Virus record (IMG/VR): IMGVR_UViG_3300046517_001084
Strand: one strand, 5' to 3'
Origin: an uncultured virus (IMG/VR IMGVR_UViG_3300046517_001084)
Taxonomy: Duplodnaviria; Heunggongvirae; Uroviricota; Caudoviricetes
Length of the DNA stretch: 64,000 bases
In this document: positions 19,258 to 28,001 of the stretch, in pieces
Numbering within the stretch: the first letter of the stretch is position 1
How the letters are laid out: every line of letters starts with the position of its first letter
Notes under the pieces: model-generated
What the model was told of the DNA's origin: nothing
What the model saw: the letters and a program-made list of their open reading frames with translations, nothing else
Database searches by the model: none
Made by a program: the position numbers and the translations under genes

Positions 19258-19842
19258 TCAGGAGCCGGTGTACGCCGGCGTCGCGGGCACGTAGTCCTGG
19301 TGGTAGACCGTGTTTCCGGCCGCGTCCGGGTACGCGGTGATCGTCAGCTGATAGCCGCTCATCTCGGACTGCTTGAACGTCACGTCGGCGCGGTCGGTGA
19401 CCTCGCCCTGCGGCACGTAGAACCCCTTGATCGACGTGCCGTCCATGACGATGAAGTACCAGGCACGCCGGTCAGGCTGCGGGCTGGCGGTCTCGGCGTA
19501 GGTCGTCACGCCGCTCGCCGGGGCCAGGCTGGTCGCCGGGAGCCGGTACATCACCGACTGCACGGCGACACGCGCGGTCTCCCACAGGTCGCACTTGAAC
19601 GTGCGGATGCTCTTGGTGATGGCGCGCCTGAACGGGCTCGTCAGACCCCAGGGGGTGAACTCCTGGCTGGCTTCGTCGAAGCCGTACACCAGGCCGTTGT
19701 CCGAGATGGCGCCGAGCGGCGCCCACGGCGACAGGGGCTGAGTCTGAGGCGTTGCAGGGGCTGCGGTGCCCAGGTCGGCGACCCAGCCGCCGCCGTTGGC
19801 GCCGACGAGCGCGAGATCGCTCGAACGCGTGATGTTGACCAT
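19258..19842 (-). CDS. Major tail (tube) protein
   Basis: LG.ISD.GL...F.PWG...; Y.LTITAYPD..GNTVYH; position. Confidence 0.88.
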   Translation of the reverse strand: MVNITRSSDLALVGANGGGWVADLGTAAPATPQTQPLSPWAPLGAISDNGLVYGFDEASQEFTPWGLTSPFRRAITKSIRTFKCDLWETARVAVQSVMYRLPATSLAPASGVTTYAETASPQPDRRAWYFIVMDGTSIKGFYVPQGEVTDRADVTFKQSEMSGYQLTITAYPDAAGNTVYHQDYVPATPAYTGS

Positions 19843-19926
19843 GGTTGGGTCTCCAGACATGCGAAGACCCCGCACTGGCGGGGTCACGGGGAACAGGGAA
19901 CGGACCCGGCGCGGGCCTGTCAGCGG

Positions 19927-20316
19927 TCAGGAGACCGGATGGAAATACATCTGGTAGGTAGCGCCGCAACGGCGCAGACGGATGTTCTCGTAGGGTCGCC
20001 ACTGCGGCGCGGACACGGTGGCGACCAGCCCGAACACGGCCGAGGCGGTGGACGTGCCGCGCAGCTGGATCACCAGGTCGTCGCGAACCTGCCGCGCCAG
20101 CATCGACGCGTCCGCGCGGGTCGCCGCATACACATCGACATCGACCAGGGCGCGGTCCAGGCGGAACGTGTCGTCGTCGCCGCCGACCCGCTGGACCTGC
20201 ACCACCGGCAGAACGCTGTCCAGTTCGGCCGGCAGTTCGGTCAGCACCCGCACCGAGCTGCCCAGTTGGCCGCTCAGCCACGTGACCAGTTCGATCTCAA
20301 CATCAGGCCAGATCAT
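19927..20316 (-). CDS. Tail terminator protein
   Basis: WPDVE..LV.WL, LP.VQV.RVGG, VDVDVYA motifs. Confidence 0.8.
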   Translation of the reverse strand: MIWPDVEIELVTWLSGQLGSSVRVLTELPAELDSVLPVVQVQRVGGDDDTFRLDRALVDVDVYAATRADASMLARQVRDDLVIQLRGTSTASAVFGLVATVSAPQWRPYENIRLRRCGATYQMYFHPVS

Positions 20317-20645
20317 CCGCGGCCCGCTGCCTGCGCGGCCCGCAGCATGACGTGGTGGGGGCGGACCCGCTCGGTGCCGTACTCCACCCAGCGGGCGTAG
20401 TAGGCAGTATTGATGGCCGTCGCGGTTGCCCGGTTACGTCGCACTCCACCGCGCCGAGTAGATGTAACGATCACGGAGGCCCGGTAGAAGCCGGGGTGGG
20501 GGTCGCCAGGCGGTACGCCCTCCGGGGCGATGCCTTCGGCGACTGATTTGATGATGTTGGCGCGGCGTACCATCTCCGCCTCGATCATCTCCGAGCGCAG
20601 CAGCTCGCCCACACCACGCCGGGACATTTTGAACCGTGCCGCCAT
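20313..20645 (-). CDS. Neck protein, HK97 gp10-like
   Basis: G.YR.S...YA.WVEYGT motif. Confidence 0.8.
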   Translation of the reverse strand: MAARFKMSRRGVGELLRSEMIEAEMVRRANIIKSVAEGIAPEGVPPGDPHPGFYRASVIVTSTRRGGVRRNRATATAINTAYYARWVEYGTERVRPHHVMLRAAQAAGRG

Positions 20646-20654
20646 GCCAGCCTC

Positions 20655-21008
20655 CTACCCGGTGACCAAAGCCAGAGCAGCAACTACCGGGCCGGTCGAA
20701 CCCGTGAACGGCGACCGGAACGCGCCTGCTTGACCGTCGACCTCGTACAAGACGCCGGCCACACGCACCCGGTCGGTGGCCCGGATGTCGGTGCCTGCCG
20801 GGGCGTACAGCGTCAGCCCGACGATGACCGTGTCCCGGCCTTGCACAATTTCGGTACTGCCGGTCCCCGTACCGCCCCGCGGTGCGATCCCGCAGCCAGA
20901 AACCGTGACCTCGACGGGCGAGCCCGCTACATCGTTGCCGTAGGCGTCACGCGTCGGCGGGCCAGGGCGCACAATCGTGACGGTATCCCCGTTAGCCGGC
21001 GCGTACAC
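20655..21008 (-). CDS. Head-to-tail stopper / head closure protein
   Basis: D.YGN, LYAP.GTDI..TDRV...G..YEV.G, SPFTG motifs. Confidence 0.8.
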   Translation of the reverse strand: MYAPANGDTVTIVRPGPPTRDAYGNDVAGSPVEVTVSGCGIAPRGGTGTGSTEIVQGRDTVIVGLTLYAPAGTDIRATDRVRVAGVLYEVDGQAGAFRSPFTGSTGPVVAALALVTG

Positions 21009-21996
21009 GGCCGACCTCCTCTATCGACTCGCACCACGCCGCCAGGTCGGCGACAGGGTCCAGTTGCCTGGAGCGCATGCGGGCTTTGCGGGCCGCAGCC
21101 CGATAGGCGACCGGGCCGTCCAGCGTCTCGATCGCCGCCTGCCACGCCTCGGTGTCGCCGCGGTCCACGAAGATCCCCGCACCGGCGAGGGACTCCCGTA
21201 GGCCGTCCGTCGGGTGTGCGATGACGGGGATGCCCGACGCCATGGCCTCCACACCGACACGGCCCCAGGATTCGTAGTCGGAGGGCATCAGCAGGATGCG
21301 AGTGCGGGCATAGACCTCGTCGCGCATCCGCTGGCCGCTCATGTGGTCGAGGACCAGCACGTTGTCGAGGTCGGGCGGCTGCTGCTCGCCGTAACCGCCG
21401 CGCACGGCCAGGAACTTGCGGTCCGGCATCCGCTTTGCGAGCTCTCCCAGCACCCCGATTCCCTTGGTGGCTGTGCAGTTGACCAGAGTGATGCAGTCGC
21501 CGGGCTTCGTCGCATAGTCCGCGGCGTGTACCGGCGGACGGACCACCAATAGCCGGTCCGGGCGCACCGGGGCAGACGCGAACGCGGTCTCGGCTTCGGC
21601 GCGCATCCACTCACTGTTGACCACGGCCAGCGCCGTCGACCCGGTAACCAGGGGCTCCCAGGTGAGGTCGAACGTGTTGTGGCACACGACAACGAGAGGC
21701 ACCCCGTGCCCGCGTGCCAGATCTGCCGCCAGTGGCACGTTCTCCAGGTGGCTGACCATCACGTGCGCGCGGGCCACCGCCAGCGTGAAATCCTGGCCGG
21801 CCGCCTCCGGGATGACGCGGACCCCGTCGAGTTCATAGGGCTCTGTGCGCTCCGACCAGGTCGACAGCCACACCGTCGCTCGATGTCCACGTACCGCGAG
21901 GGCGCGCAGCATCTCGTGCAGCGCCCACTCGGCGCCTGCGTTGTGATCCGGCGGGTAGGCGTGGACTCGCGCCACGACGTCCAGTGGCCCGGTCAC
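20992..21996 (-). CDS. Glycosyltransferase family 4 (GT-B), copy 2
   Basis: YPP....GAE N-terminus; PS.YESWGRVGVEAMASGIPVIA (E-x7-E). Confidence 0.9.
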   Translation of the reverse strand: MTGPLDVVARVHAYPPDHNAGAEWALHEMLRALAVRGHRATVWLSTWSERTEPYELDGVRVIPEAAGQDFTLAVARAHVMVSHLENVPLAADLARGHGVPLVVVCHNTFDLTWEPLVTGSTALAVVNSEWMRAEAETAFASAPVRPDRLLVVRPPVHAADYATKPGDCITLVNCTATKGIGVLGELAKRMPDRKFLAVRGGYGEQQPPDLDNVLVLDHMSGQRMRDEVYARTRILLMPSDYESWGRVGVEAMASGIPVIAHPTDGLRESLAGAGIFVDRGDTEAWQAAIETLDGPVAYRAAARKARMRSRQLDPVADLAAWCESIEEVGRVRAG

Positions 21997-22619
21997 CGGA
22001 ACCTCACCATGCTCATGCCCTGCTTGCGCCGGTAGCGGGCCAGGATCTGCCGGTCGGCCTCGGTCAGCATGACGCCGGTGCCCACGCCGGTACCGTCCGT
22101 GCGGTAGCTGTAGGGGCCGATCGTCTCGCCGGTCACGCCGCCCGCCATGGTCGGCGCGGTCAGCGTCCGCAGCACCACCGCCGCGACCACCGCCATGACG
22201 TCAGAAGGAACGTCGGCGGCACCGTGGCTGTAGGTGACGCGGTAGGTGTTGGGGTAGGCGACGACATCGTCCTCGTACCAGAGCTCCGGCAGGTTGACGA
22301 CCGGGCTGTTGGGGGCGGTGCGGATGGTGTCCAGGCCGTCCCACTGCCAGCCGACGACCGGAATATCGGGCGCGCCCCCGGCTCCGATCGCCACCACCGC
22401 CGTCACGTCGATCACCGGCCGTTGCGGCAGACGGATTTCGCCCTGCTGGCCGCGTACCACGATCGTGTCGTGGTCGACGCGCTGGAAGTCCTGCCGGGTG
22501 TAGGCGCGGACCAGGGCGGACGCGTCGGCCAGCAGGGCCGTCGCGCGGTCTGCTTCCGGGCCGGTCAAGGGCCGTCCGAGGCGGGCCTCCACCGCGGTGA
22601 GATCAGCAAGGGCGTCCAC
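21993..22619 (-). CDS. Head-to-tail adaptor
   Basis: LA....VEARLGR.L...A..LL.DAS..VR; ETIGPYSY. Confidence 0.8.
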   Translation of the reverse strand: MDALADLTAVEARLGRPLTGPEADRATALLADASALVRAYTRQDFQRVDHDTIVVRGQQGEIRLPQRPVIDVTAVVAIGAGGAPDIPVVGWQWDGLDTIRTAPNSPVVNLPELWYEDDVVAYPNTYRVTYSHGAADVPSDVMAVVAAVVLRTLTAPTMAGGVTGETIGPYSYRTDGTGVGTGVMLTEADRQILARYRRKQGMSMVRFR

Positions 22620-23637
22620 GTTGCACCACCCTCTCCATCGCCGTGCACCACGCGTCGAGATCGGCGCCCGGATCAAGTTCTACCGCCCGCTCGGCGGCGG
22701 CTCGGGAGGCAGCCGGATAGATCTTGGGTGAGGACAGGCGGCGGACTGCGGCCTCCCAGGCGTCGAGGTCGTCGCGGTCCGCGAACGTCCCCGCACCAGC
22801 GAGGGACTCCATCAACCCGGGTGTCGGATGGGCGATCACGGGGATGCCCGAGCACATCGCCTCGACAGCCACGCGCCCATAGGACTCGTACACCGACGGC
22901 GCCAAGAGCACTCTGGTGCGCCCGTAGACGAGCTTGGCCATGTCGCCGCCGGGCGTGTGCTCGACGATCTCGACGTTCGGCAGATCGTCGCGGATGATCT
23001 GGGTGCCGTAGCCGCCGACCACTCCGAGGAAGCGCTGCCGCGGCATGCGTTCGGCCAGGGCGTAGAAGACGCGGGCGCCTTTCTCCTCGGTCAGGTTGAT
23101 CAGGGTGATGTGATTGCCGCGCGCCGCCCGGTAGTCCTCCACGCGGACCGGAGGCCGCACCACAATGCCGGGCGGCCGATTCCGGTTCGGCTCATGGAAC
23201 GCCCACCACTCCTCGACGTCCCGCCGCATCCACGCCGTGTTGTACACGACCAGCCCCGGGGAACCCTTGGCCAGCCATTCCTTCGTGAAGTCAAAGGTGT
23301 TGTGCAGCAGATGCACCACGGGGATCCGGTTCAGCTCCCCCAGGACCGACGCCCGCGGGGTGTTCTCCAGATGGGTCACGATCACATCGGCGCGACCCTC
23401 ACCGCGCATCCACCGGCCCGGATCGCCCTTGTCCCGGTACGGATGCACCTGCACACCGTCCAAGTCGTAGCCGAGCCGGACACCATCCGGCCTCGACAGC
23501 AGCACATCCACCCCATGGCCGCGGGCCGCAAGTTCCCGCAGCAGGCCGTGCGCAGCCCACTCCGCCCCTGCATTGTGGGATGGCGGATAGGCGTGGAACA
23601 TCGCCAGGACGCGCACAGGGGGCTCCGATCTGCCCAC
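22603..23637 (-). CDS. Glycosyltransferase family 4 (GT-B), copy 1
   Basis: HAYPPSHNAGAE; PSVYESYGRVAVEAMCSGIPVIA. Confidence 0.9.
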   Translation of the reverse strand: MGRSEPPVRVLAMFHAYPPSHNAGAEWAAHGLLRELAARGHGVDVLLSRPDGVRLGYDLDGVQVHPYRDKGDPGRWMRGEGRADVIVTHLENTPRASVLGELNRIPVVHLLHNTFDFTKEWLAKGSPGLVVYNTAWMRRDVEEWWAFHEPNRNRPPGIVVRPPVRVEDYRAARGNHITLINLTEEKGARVFYALAERMPRQRFLGVVGGYGTQIIRDDLPNVEIVEHTPGGDMAKLVYGRTRVLLAPSVYESYGRVAVEAMCSGIPVIAHPTPGLMESLAGAGTFADRDDLDAWEAAVRRLSSPKIYPAASRAAAERAVELDPGADLDAWCTAMERVVQRGRPC

Positions 23638-23677
23638 AGGCGGCAGCCGTCAACAGGGGTGTTGTGGCTGCCGCCTG
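23638..23677. terminator. Hairpin after the capsid gene
   Basis: AGGCGGCAGCC...GGCTGCCGCCT inverted repeat. Confidence 0.55.
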
Positions 23678-23685
23678 CGCCGGCG

Positions 23686-24636
23686 CTACGACAGGTGGGT
23701 GGAGGCCTGGACCACGCCGAACGGCGAACGGGTCGCCGAGTCGGAGTTGAGGCGGGTCGCCGGGTTGGCGGTGGCGAACGCCACGCGCATGACGACGCGC
23801 ATCGCCACCGAGTCCTGCTGCATCAGGTTCAGGATGACCTTGCCGGAGTCGTCCGAGATGACACCCTCGGTGAACATCTTGAAGCTGATGTCCTGCCGCA
23901 GGCCGATGATCGCCTTCGACCAGTCGCCCATGATGAGCTCGGCCTCAGTCGCCGACCACGCCCCGTTCGTCAGCTCCGACATCGGATAGCCGTACAGCGT
24001 CCCGCCGGGCGTGCCCTGCAGGTTCGGCTGGTAGATCGGCACGCCCTGGGCAGAGCGGATGGCGTTGAGCCTCCACGTCAGCCCCGGACGGGACACGAAC
24101 CCGTTGATCGCGAACCCGTCCTGGGAGACCTTCTCCGCACACGACGACACGTCGACAGCAAGGTCCGCGCCCGTACCGGCCACAACGACGTTGCCCGCCG
24201 CGACAGCCGTCTGGTAGATCGCGGTCGGCCAGGTCGACGGCTTGTCCGTGCCGAACAGGCCCGCGCCGTCGATCTTCCCGCCGATGGCCTCGACCAGCCG
24301 GGGACGGACCTGGTCCCAGATCGGCATCTGCGCGTCGTCCAGGTAAGCCTCGGGGATCGGGACGATCGCCGCGATCTCCTCAACGATCAGGTCGACGTTC
24401 TTCCAGTCCTGTGACGTGGTCTGCTTCAGCCCGGTGTCGCCGCCCACGAAGTAGGCGAGCGGCATGACGTCGAGGACCGGCTGCCGCTGGGTCTTCGTGG
24501 ACAGCGGAATCTGCTTGGCCCGGGTCAGGAGCGCCGACATCGACGGCAGCTCCTGGATGATCTCGGCCGAGACCGGGGTCGGTACCAGCGGGTCATTCGA
24601 AGCGTCCCGGCTGATGAGAGAGTTGTACGTGGCCAC
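23686..24636 (-). CDS. Major capsid protein (HK97 fold)
   Basis: AYFVG, EEIAAIVPIPE..LDDA, GDWS, NL.QQD.VA.R motifs; follows the scaffold. Confidence 0.92.
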   Translation of the reverse strand: MATYNSLISRDASNDPLVPTPVSAEIIQELPSMSALLTRAKQIPLSTKTQRQPVLDVMPLAYFVGGDTGLKQTTSQDWKNVDLIVEEIAAIVPIPEAYLDDAQMPIWDQVRPRLVEAIGGKIDGAGLFGTDKPSTWPTAIYQTAVAAGNVVVAGTGADLAVDVSSCAEKVSQDGFAINGFVSRPGLTWRLNAIRSAQGVPIYQPNLQGTPGGTLYGYPMSELTNGAWSATEAELIMGDWSKAIIGLRQDISFKMFTEGVISDDSGKVILNLMQQDSVAMRVVMRVAFATANPATRLNSDSATRSPFGVVQASTHLS

Positions 24637-24710
24637 GGGGTCTCCTTCCAAAGGTGCAGCGACCCCGGCCCCGTGACATGGGTGATTCCGGTGCTGCGAT
24701 CAGGGGTGAG

Positions 24711-25364
24711 TCAGGGAGTGCGGCCGGACATACGCCGGATCCACTGATCCGGCGTCCCCGCCGCGCTACTCGAAGCAGGCGCCGCACCCGGAGTGAGCGC
24801 CTCAACCGGGCGCTGCACGGCCGGAGCCGGCGCAGGCGCGGCCGCCTTCAGGCGCTCGGCCAGCAGCTCGGCACGTGCCGCGATCTCCTCGTCCGTACCG
24901 GCACCGAGCAGGTCAATCAGCTCCGGCGGAATGTTGTGCGTCGCCGCAGCCAGCAGCCGTGCATTCGTCGACCGCAGATCCGCGAGCTGCTGCTCGTAGG
25001 TCTGGGCGCGCTCGGTCTGCTTCTGCAGCTCGCTCTTCTGCGCGTCCTCGAACTCCACGTGCTTCCGGGCCGCCTGCCGCAACTGCTCAATCTCGTCCAT
25101 CGACTTGAAACCGAGCGCGGACAGCTGGCCCTTCTCATGCTTCCTAGCCAGGGACTTCCACTTGCTGGCCTCGGCCTCCCAGTCGGTCGGCTCCGGCTCA
25201 CCGGCCGCAGCCTGCTGCCCTGCCGAAGCAGAAGCCGAAGGGGCGGGAGGCTGGGTCTTGTTGAGGAACTGGCCTGCGGCAACCGCGTCGGCCAGCTGCT
25301 GCTGCGCCTGCGCGTCACCGCCATCGGACGGCTGGATAGCCGCCTCTGCGGAAGATTCGGACAT
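24711..25364 (-). CDS. Capsid scaffolding protein
   Basis: W..EA.KWK...RKHE, KSELQK, GTDEEI...AE.L motifs. Confidence 0.85.
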   Translation of the reverse strand: MSESSAEAAIQPSDGGDAQAQQQLADAVAAGQFLNKTQPPAPSASASAGQQAAAGEPEPTDWEAEASKWKSLARKHEKGQLSALGFKSMDEIEQLRQAARKHVEFEDAQKSELQKQTERAQTYEQQLADLRSTNARLLAAATHNIPPELIDLLGAGTDEEIAARAELLAERLKAAAPAPAPAVQRPVEALTPGAAPASSSAAGTPDQWIRRMSGRTP

Positions 25365-25509
25365 GGTGGTGACTCCCGTGTCGGGGTCGCACGCAGCCCT
25401 GTCGGGCAGCGCGAAACGGGCATGAAAAAAGCGCCCACCATGCCGGCGAGCGCATCGGGGGCCACGGCGAGGGCTGCCATGTCGGCAGGCCGCACGGACC
25501 CAGGGGGCG

Positions 25510-25773
25510 TCAGGACTTGAGGTTTCCCGTCGCGTCCCAGTTCGGGGGGATCAGGCTGGACAGGTTGAGCTCGGCGGCGCGCTTGATGATGAAGCGTCGC
25601 ACCTGGGCCCGTGCGGCGTCCGTGTTGGGCCGCACCCGCCCCACCGCCAGGATCGCGTTCTGAAGATCCTGCCGGTTCTCGATCGGAAAGCGGCCCGGCG
25701 TATCACCGGGTGCGGGCATCGCCTTTCCCTGCTTGACGAGGTCGCGCATGTCCTGGGCGTTGGGCTGCGTCAT
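25510..25773 (-). CDS. Small head-associated protein (DUF6582-like)
   Basis: GRFPI.N..DL.NAI.AVGR...VRR.I.KRA..L....LIP..W. Confidence 0.65.
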   Translation of the reverse strand: MTQPNAQDMRDLVKQGKAMPAPGDTPGRFPIENRQDLQNAILAVGRVRPNTDAARAQVRRFIIKRAAELNLSSLIPPNWDATGNLKS

Positions 25774-25786
25774 GGTTCACCTCCCC

Positions 25787-26572
25787 TCACTGCGGCCGAT
25801 CCGGCGCCGTATATCCGGCCCGGCCTTCGGATTCCCACCAGCGGCGGAACGCGTTGACCGCATCTTTGCCGCCGGTGCCGCGGGTCTCGCGCCGCCAGTC
25901 CTCGTACAGCTTGTCGGCGAGGCCGACGAACGGCTCGTCGAGCGTGAACGCCGGCCAGGCCTGACAGCCGCAATGGTCGTGGTAGGTGTTGCCGCCCTGG
26001 CGCGGATCGCCCGCCGTCACAGCCGACTTGTACACCGGTCCGCGGGAGGCGAGCATGGCGCACCAGGCACACGGATCGGCATCCGTGACCCGCGACCAGC
26101 CGGTCGCCCGCTCGTCACGCCGGATCGACTCCTGCATGACATCCCGGCCGCCCTCCAACGCCAGATACGACGACGAGCCGGACATGCGCACCGCCGCCGC
26201 ATCCACCGCCTGCTCCGGCGTTTTGCCCGCCGCGATGGACCTCTTGAACTCGACCGGGCCCGTCACGTCGAGCGAGGTCACCAGGCGCGCCCGGGTCAGT
26301 TGCGGCGGGTCGTCGGGAACGAACAGTCCGTCGGGCACACCTGCGTCGCGCCGCGCCTCCATGTAGAACTCGCGGGCCAGCTGCGCCGATTCGGCCCTGG
26401 CCTGCTGCACCCCCGAGCCGAGGACATCCCGCAAGGCGGGCCACGAGGCATCGACCCGGGCGGGATTCACCAGCAGCCGCCACGTCTGCACGATCTGCCG
26501 TATCAGGCGGGCCGAGATCAATGCCTGGCGGCGGCGGTACTCCATTGCCAGCCACGCCGCCCTGATGCCCAT
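25787..26572 (-). CDS. MuF-like minor head protein
   Basis: W.RV.D.DPCAWC.MLASRGPVY...HDHCGC; follows the portal. Confidence 0.8.
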   Translation of the reverse strand: MGIRAAWLAMEYRRRQALISARLIRQIVQTWRLLVNPARVDASWPALRDVLGSGVQQARAESAQLAREFYMEARRDAGVPDGLFVPDDPPQLTRARLVTSLDVTGPVEFKRSIAAGKTPEQAVDAAAVRMSGSSSYLALEGGRDVMQESIRRDERATGWSRVTDADPCAWCAMLASRGPVYKSAVTAGDPRQGGNTYHDHCGCQAWPAFTLDEPFVGLADKLYEDWRRETRGTGGKDAVNAFRRWWESEGRAGYTAPDRPQ

Positions 26573-26573
26573 C

Positions 26574-27986
26574 TCAGGCCGCCGTGGCGGGAGTCGGCGC
26601 GGTCGGTTCAGGGGGTGCAGCGACTGGGGACAACTGTGGGGACATCTGCTTGCCGATGATGTCGTTCATCCGGGCGATGGCATCGCCCTCATGCGCGGCG
26701 AGCTTCCACCTCTCCACGTCCGTCTGCGTCACCCCGGGAATCTTCTCCCACAGCTCCTGCGGCGGCACCCCCAGCATCGTCACCAACTTGCCGAGCGCAT
26801 CCACCGTCTGCGCCAGGGACCTGGCCGACGTGTCCCGCCACACGACCTGGGCGGCGATGTCCTGCCACGACGCGGAGTCGCCAGAGGCGAGAGCGGCCAA
26901 GCGCAGCGTCTGCTCCCACGCCTCCCCAAATAGAGCCTGCCGTTCCCCTGTCTTGCGGTCGAGGCCATCCCGCGCCGCCGCCAGTGCCTCGGCGGACAGA
27001 TTCACCATGTGACCGAGCAAGTGATACGGCGGCACCTGCGACAGAGTCGCAATGTGCCGGACCGTCGCCTCGCGGGAGTCCAGGTAGCCCTTGAGGTCGG
27101 TCTGCCCGAACTCCCCGAATCGCGTGTCCGCGTCCTCCGCGACGAACAGGCCATCCACCCGGGAGCGGAACGGCTCGATCGGATTTCCATCCTCATCCAT
27201 CGGCGGGGCCATGCCCGTCACCCAGCGCTGCCGGAACGCCGCGTACTGCTGCGCCATCAGCAGGTTGAACGTCGTCATGTTCAACTGGTCCTGGGCGTCG
27301 ATCAGGGGCTCGACTTCGCCGATCACCCCGTCGCCGTCCAGGTCATCGGAGTTGATGAAGCGCACCACCGGGCAGACGCCGAGCTTGTGCTCCTGCACCG
27401 CATCCGGACCGTCCAGCCGCAAGGCCGAACCGTCCGCCGCCGCAGTCAGCGTGTACCGGGCCTGATCGTCATAGACCCGCACCACCCGCCGCTGCCCCTT
27501 CGCCGTATTCTCCAGCCGGTCCTCAACCGCCAGCACCGGCCACTCGTCATTGACCGGATCCGCGTACAGAGCAGTCAGACGGCGCGGCGAAAACGGCGTG
27601 ATCACCGGCACGGGACTGCCCGGCATCACCACCACATACGAAGCGCCATACGTCAGCGCCGCCCGGTGCACGCCGTGCTGGCGGGCATCCATCCGGTTCG
27701 CCTGCCACACCTTCCACGGCTCGGCATTATCATCACTGCCCGCCGGACGGTAGCCGTCGACGTACAGGTTCTGGGCGACCACCGTCACGATCAGCGGCAG
27801 GATCGCGACTTTCGCCCGCTCGATCAGCCACCGGTACTCGGCCCGCGCACCCCGCGGCACGTACACGCTCGAATGCTTACCGGACATGTAGTTCGCGATC
27901 CGCTCAAGGCGTTCCTGCTCCGACGCCCGCAGCTTCAGCAGACGGCCCGCAGTCGACACCGTCTCATCCGCACCCATCACCGCCAC
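26574..27986 (-). CDS. Portal protein (SPP1 Gp6-like)
   Basis: WQANRMD, H.LG.CPVVRF.N, AFRQRW.TG, NLSAEAL motifs. Confidence 0.92.
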   Translation of the reverse strand: MAVMGADETVSTAGRLLKLRASEQERLERIANYMSGKHSSVYVPRGARAEYRWLIERAKVAILPLIVTVVAQNLYVDGYRPAGSDDNAEPWKVWQANRMDARQHGVHRAALTYGASYVVVMPGSPVPVITPFSPRRLTALYADPVNDEWPVLAVEDRLENTAKGQRRVVRVYDDQARYTLTAAADGSALRLDGPDAVQEHKLGVCPVVRFINSDDLDGDGVIGEVEPLIDAQDQLNMTTFNLLMAQQYAAFRQRWVTGMAPPMDEDGNPIEPFRSRVDGLFVAEDADTRFGEFGQTDLKGYLDSREATVRHIATLSQVPPYHLLGHMVNLSAEALAAARDGLDRKTGERQALFGEAWEQTLRLAALASGDSASWQDIAAQVVWRDTSARSLAQTVDALGKLVTMLGVPPQELWEKIPGVTQTDVERWKLAAHEGDAIARMNDIIGKQMSPQLSPVAAPPEPTAPTPATAA

Positions 27987-28001
27987 GCGCCGCCCACCTC
28001 C

